A stretch of DNA of 64,000 nt from Patescibacteria group bacterium (GTDB lineage Bacteria > Patescibacteriota > UBA1384 > CAJBMM01), in assembly GCA_041660565.1 (NCBI GenBank), contig JBAZWC010000001.1:6155-70154 (forward strand). Reading direction: 5' to 3'. This document shows positions 61,639 through 64,000 of the stretch, one piece after another. Every line of letters starts with the position of its first letter. Position 1 is the stretch's first letter. A program made the position numbers and the translations under genes. The notes under the pieces were generated by a model. The model did no database searches and had not been told where the DNA came from. It was given only the letters and a program-made list of their open reading frames with translations.

Positions 61639-62835
61639 ATGCAGAAGCAAATTGAGGAATTGGTAACTCGCAACGTTACTCAAATTATCACCAAAGATGA
61701 ATTAATTAAGGCAACTGCCTCTGGCAAAAAGCTGAAGGTCTATTTGGGAGTTGATCCGTCTAGTCCAGACATCCATTTAGGCCATGCGGTAGTGCTGTGG
61801 AAACTGCGCCAGTTTCAAGATTTAGGCCATCACATTATTTTGCTGATTGGAGATTTTACTGCCCAAATTGGTGATCCAACCGGCAAATCTAAAGAACGCC
61901 CGGTACTGACCCACGAGCAAGTACTAAAAAATGCTACTGACTACAAAAAACAAGCCAGCAAAATCATCAACTTTAGCGGGAAAAATCCGGCGTCATTAGT
62001 TTTCAACAGCAAATGGCTCAGCAAACTAACGTTCAGCGACATCATTAAATTAGCCGGGAATTTTACGGTGCAACAGATGCTTGAGCGAGATATGTTTCAA
62101 GAGCGTTTGAAAAATAATCAACCTATTGGTTTGCACGAGTTCTTATATCCATTAATGGTGGGCTACGATTGTATTCAACTTGAAGCAGACGTAGAAGTAG
62201 GTGGGAACGATCAGTTATTCAACATTACCGCGGGGCGAACTTTACGCCAAAAGGTAAGTGGAAAATCTAAAGTGGTCTTAACTTGCGATTTGCTAACGGG
62301 GTCTGACGGATCGAAAATGAGCAAATCTGCCGGAAACATCATCCCGCTTAACGCGTCTGCTGACGAAATGTTTGGTTCGCTAATGGCGGTGAATGATAAA
62401 CTAATTGAACATTACGCCAAGTTATGTGGAGATTTTTCGTCCGATGAACTTTCAGAAATTGCGCATCGCTTGAAATCCAATGAAAACCCTCGTGATATCA
62501 AGTTAGATGTGGCTCAAAACATCGTCGCAAGATATTATCCTAAAGAATCGAGCGTTGTACGTGAGAAATTCTTATCACGATTTAGTGATGGTAATGCGGG
62601 TGAAGCAACATTAATTGAGCTGGACGTAAAAAATTTACCCTTAATGCAGCTAGTGGCGAAGGTTGCTAATGTATCAAATAGCGAAGCGCGCCGACTGATT
62701 GTGGGTAATGCGGTTGAGGTTGAGGGCAAGGTGCAATTTGACTTAAATAAACAAATTGATTTGGTGAATCCGGTGCAAATGCGCATCGGCAAGCATCGAT
62801 TTGTTAAAGTTAAATATCAACAACAAAATTTGTAA
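61639..62835 (+). CDS. tyrS: tyrosine--tRNA ligase
   Basis: HIGH-type HLGH and KMSKS motifs, with a C-terminal S4 domain. Confidence 0.85.
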   Translation: MQKQIEELVTRNVTQIITKDELIKATASGKKLKVYLGVDPSSPDIHLGHAVVLWKLRQFQDLGHHIILLIGDFTAQIGDPTGKSKERPVLTHEQVLKNATDYKKQASKIINFSGKNPASLVFNSKWLSKLTFSDIIKLAGNFTVQQMLERDMFQERLKNNQPIGLHEFLYPLMVGYDCIQLEADVEVGGNDQLFNITAGRTLRQKVSGKSKVVLTCDLLTGSDGSKMSKSAGNIIPLNASADEMFGSLMAVNDKLIEHYAKLCGDFSSDELSEIAHRLKSNENPRDIKLDVAQNIVARYYPKESSVVREKFLSRFSDGNAGEATLIELDVKNLPLMQLVAKVANVSNSEARRLIVGNAVEVEGKVQFDLNKQIDLVNPVQMRIGKHRFVKVKYQQQNL

Positions 62836-62850
62836 AACCCAACGCCCCCT

Positions 62851-62975
62851 TGTCATTTCGACTCGGGGAGAGTGTCAACTCGACCACGGTGGAGAAATCT
62901 TGAGAAAGAATCCATTCCAGTTGTTCTTAGAGATTTCTCCAACCGTTCGTGGAAGCTCACGGGGTCGAAATGACT
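62851..62975. repeat. MITE-like repeat, family 1, short copy
   Basis: TGTCATTTCGACTCGGGGAG...GGAGAAATCT...AGATTTCTCC...GGGTCGAAATGAC. The right TIR contains the argS ATG. Confidence 0.6.
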
Positions 62976-64000
62976 GCTAAATATAAAGAAGGTTCTGTGA
63001 TCAAAGATCTAATTTCAAAAGCGGTTGCAAAGGTTGGGTTTAATTGCGAGAACGTTGAGGTTACCCGTCCCGATATAGCGTTTGGTGATTATTCCACCAA
63101 CGTAGCCTTAAAATTGGCGCCGCAAGTTAAACAATCGCCATTAAAAATCGCCGAAGCCATTGTTGAACAACTAAAAAAGGACAAAGCAATCAAATCGGCC
63201 ACAGTGGCTGGTCCCGGTTTTATCAATGTTGCAATGGCAGATGACTGGTTGGACCATCAGCTAAATTTGCCGTTAAATGTTGCACCAACTTTGCAAGACA
63301 AAAAATACATCATCGAATTTTCCAGCCCAAACATCGCCAAACCAATGCACGTTGGTCATTTGCGCACCACTATTTTAGGCCAAGTTTTGGTGAATTTATT
63401 TCGGTCGGCAGGTGCTAACATGGTGGCGTGGTCGCATCCGGGAGATTTTGGCACACAGTTCGGCAAATTAATTGTGGGGTGGCTTAAATGGGGTGAAGAT
63501 AAAGCGCTGCAAGATCATCCGATAGACGAGCTACTGCGAGTTTATGTCAAATTTCATCAAGAAGCTAAAGATGATCCAAAGTTAGAAGATCAGGCTCGCC
63601 AAACCTTCAAAAAATTGCAGGACGGCGATAAAGAGGTGGTGGCGCTTTGGCAAATGGTTTCGCGGCTTAGTCACGAAGAATTTGACCGAATGTACGATAA
63701 GTTAAAAATTAAGTTCGATGTTTGGCGGGGTGAGAGCGAATACAATCATTTGCTAGCTCAGTTTGTGGACGATGCGCTTGAGGTAAAAGTCGCGTGCAAA
63801 AGTGAAGGCGCTATCATTATCCCACTAGACGAACAAAACTTGCCACCGTTCCTCATTCAAAAATCTGATGGCGCCACGCTTTATGCCACGTCCGACTTGG
63901 TTTCACTAAAAGAACGCGCCGACGAGGTAAATCCAGACGAACTAATTTATGTGGTGGGCAACGAACAAACTCTGCATTTTCAACAACTGTTTGCCGCGGC
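62970..64000 (+). CDS. argS: arginine--tRNA ligase (partial, continues beyond the window)
   Basis: SSPNIAKPMHVGHLRTTILG HIGH-region signature. The start is either the ATG at 62970 (inside the repeat TIR) or the GTG at 62998. Confidence 0.85.
   Translation, partial: MTAKYKEGSVIKDLISKAVAKVGFNCENVEVTRPDIAFGDYSTNVALKLAPQVKQSPLKIAEAIVEQLKKDKAIKSATVAGPGFINVAMADDWLDHQLNLPLNVAPTLQDKKYIIEFSSPNIAKPMHVGHLRTTILGQVLVNLFRSAGANMVAWSHPGDFGTQFGKLIVGWLKWGEDKALQDHPIDELLRVYVKFHQEAKDDPKLEDQARQTFKKLQDGDKEVVALWQMVSRLSHEEFDRMYDKLKIKFDVWRGESEYNHLLAQFVDDALEVKVACKSEGAIIIPLDEQNLPPFLIQKSDGATLYATSDLVSLKERADEVNPDELIYVVGNEQTLHFQQLFAA

Overview
64 kb of a low-GC (about 38-40% by eye) streamlined bacterial chromosome. The gene content and rRNA features point to a Candidate Phyla Radiation / Patescibacteria-like organism. 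The supporting features are an alpha2-type GlyRS, a type IV pilin, a reduced dcw cluster, a 23S rRNA gene carrying two group I introns with LAGLIDADG homing endonucleases, and a 16S gene that is unlinked from the 23S. TGA is used as a stop codon, so this looks like the standard genetic code.

The housekeeping backbone is: uvrC; yvcK-tpiA-pgk; tig-clpP; the rRNA region (16S, then about 5.7 kb of CDS and tRNAs, then 23S-5S); a giant beta-helix/Ig-repeat surface protein plus a type IV pilin; nfo, mutM, recO, alr; glyQS; mraZ-rsmH-ftsL-ftsI-mraY-ftsW-murG with murC on the opposite strand, then murB-ftsQ; recJ-radA-yacL-like; a class A PBP; tyrS; and argS (partial at the window end).

Three things stand out against this backbone:

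(1) At least seven short high-GC (about 55-65%) cassettes are inserted between housekeeping genes. Each has its own sigma70-like promoter, SD, ORF(s) and rho-independent terminator. Two are tandem paralogs with a near-identical promoter/leader. One is flanked by about 75-bp direct repeats. One abuts an aberrant tRNA-like gene.

(2) Almost every intergenic region is filled with MITE-like palindromic repeat families (TIR GTCATTTCGAC...GTCGAAATGAC and GTCATTCCGGA...TCCGGAATGAC, plus others). Some are nested, and some supply start codons.

(3) Several genes show a TATAAT-N6-ATG leaderless configuration.

No CRISPR array, integrase, transposase or reverse transcriptase was seen.
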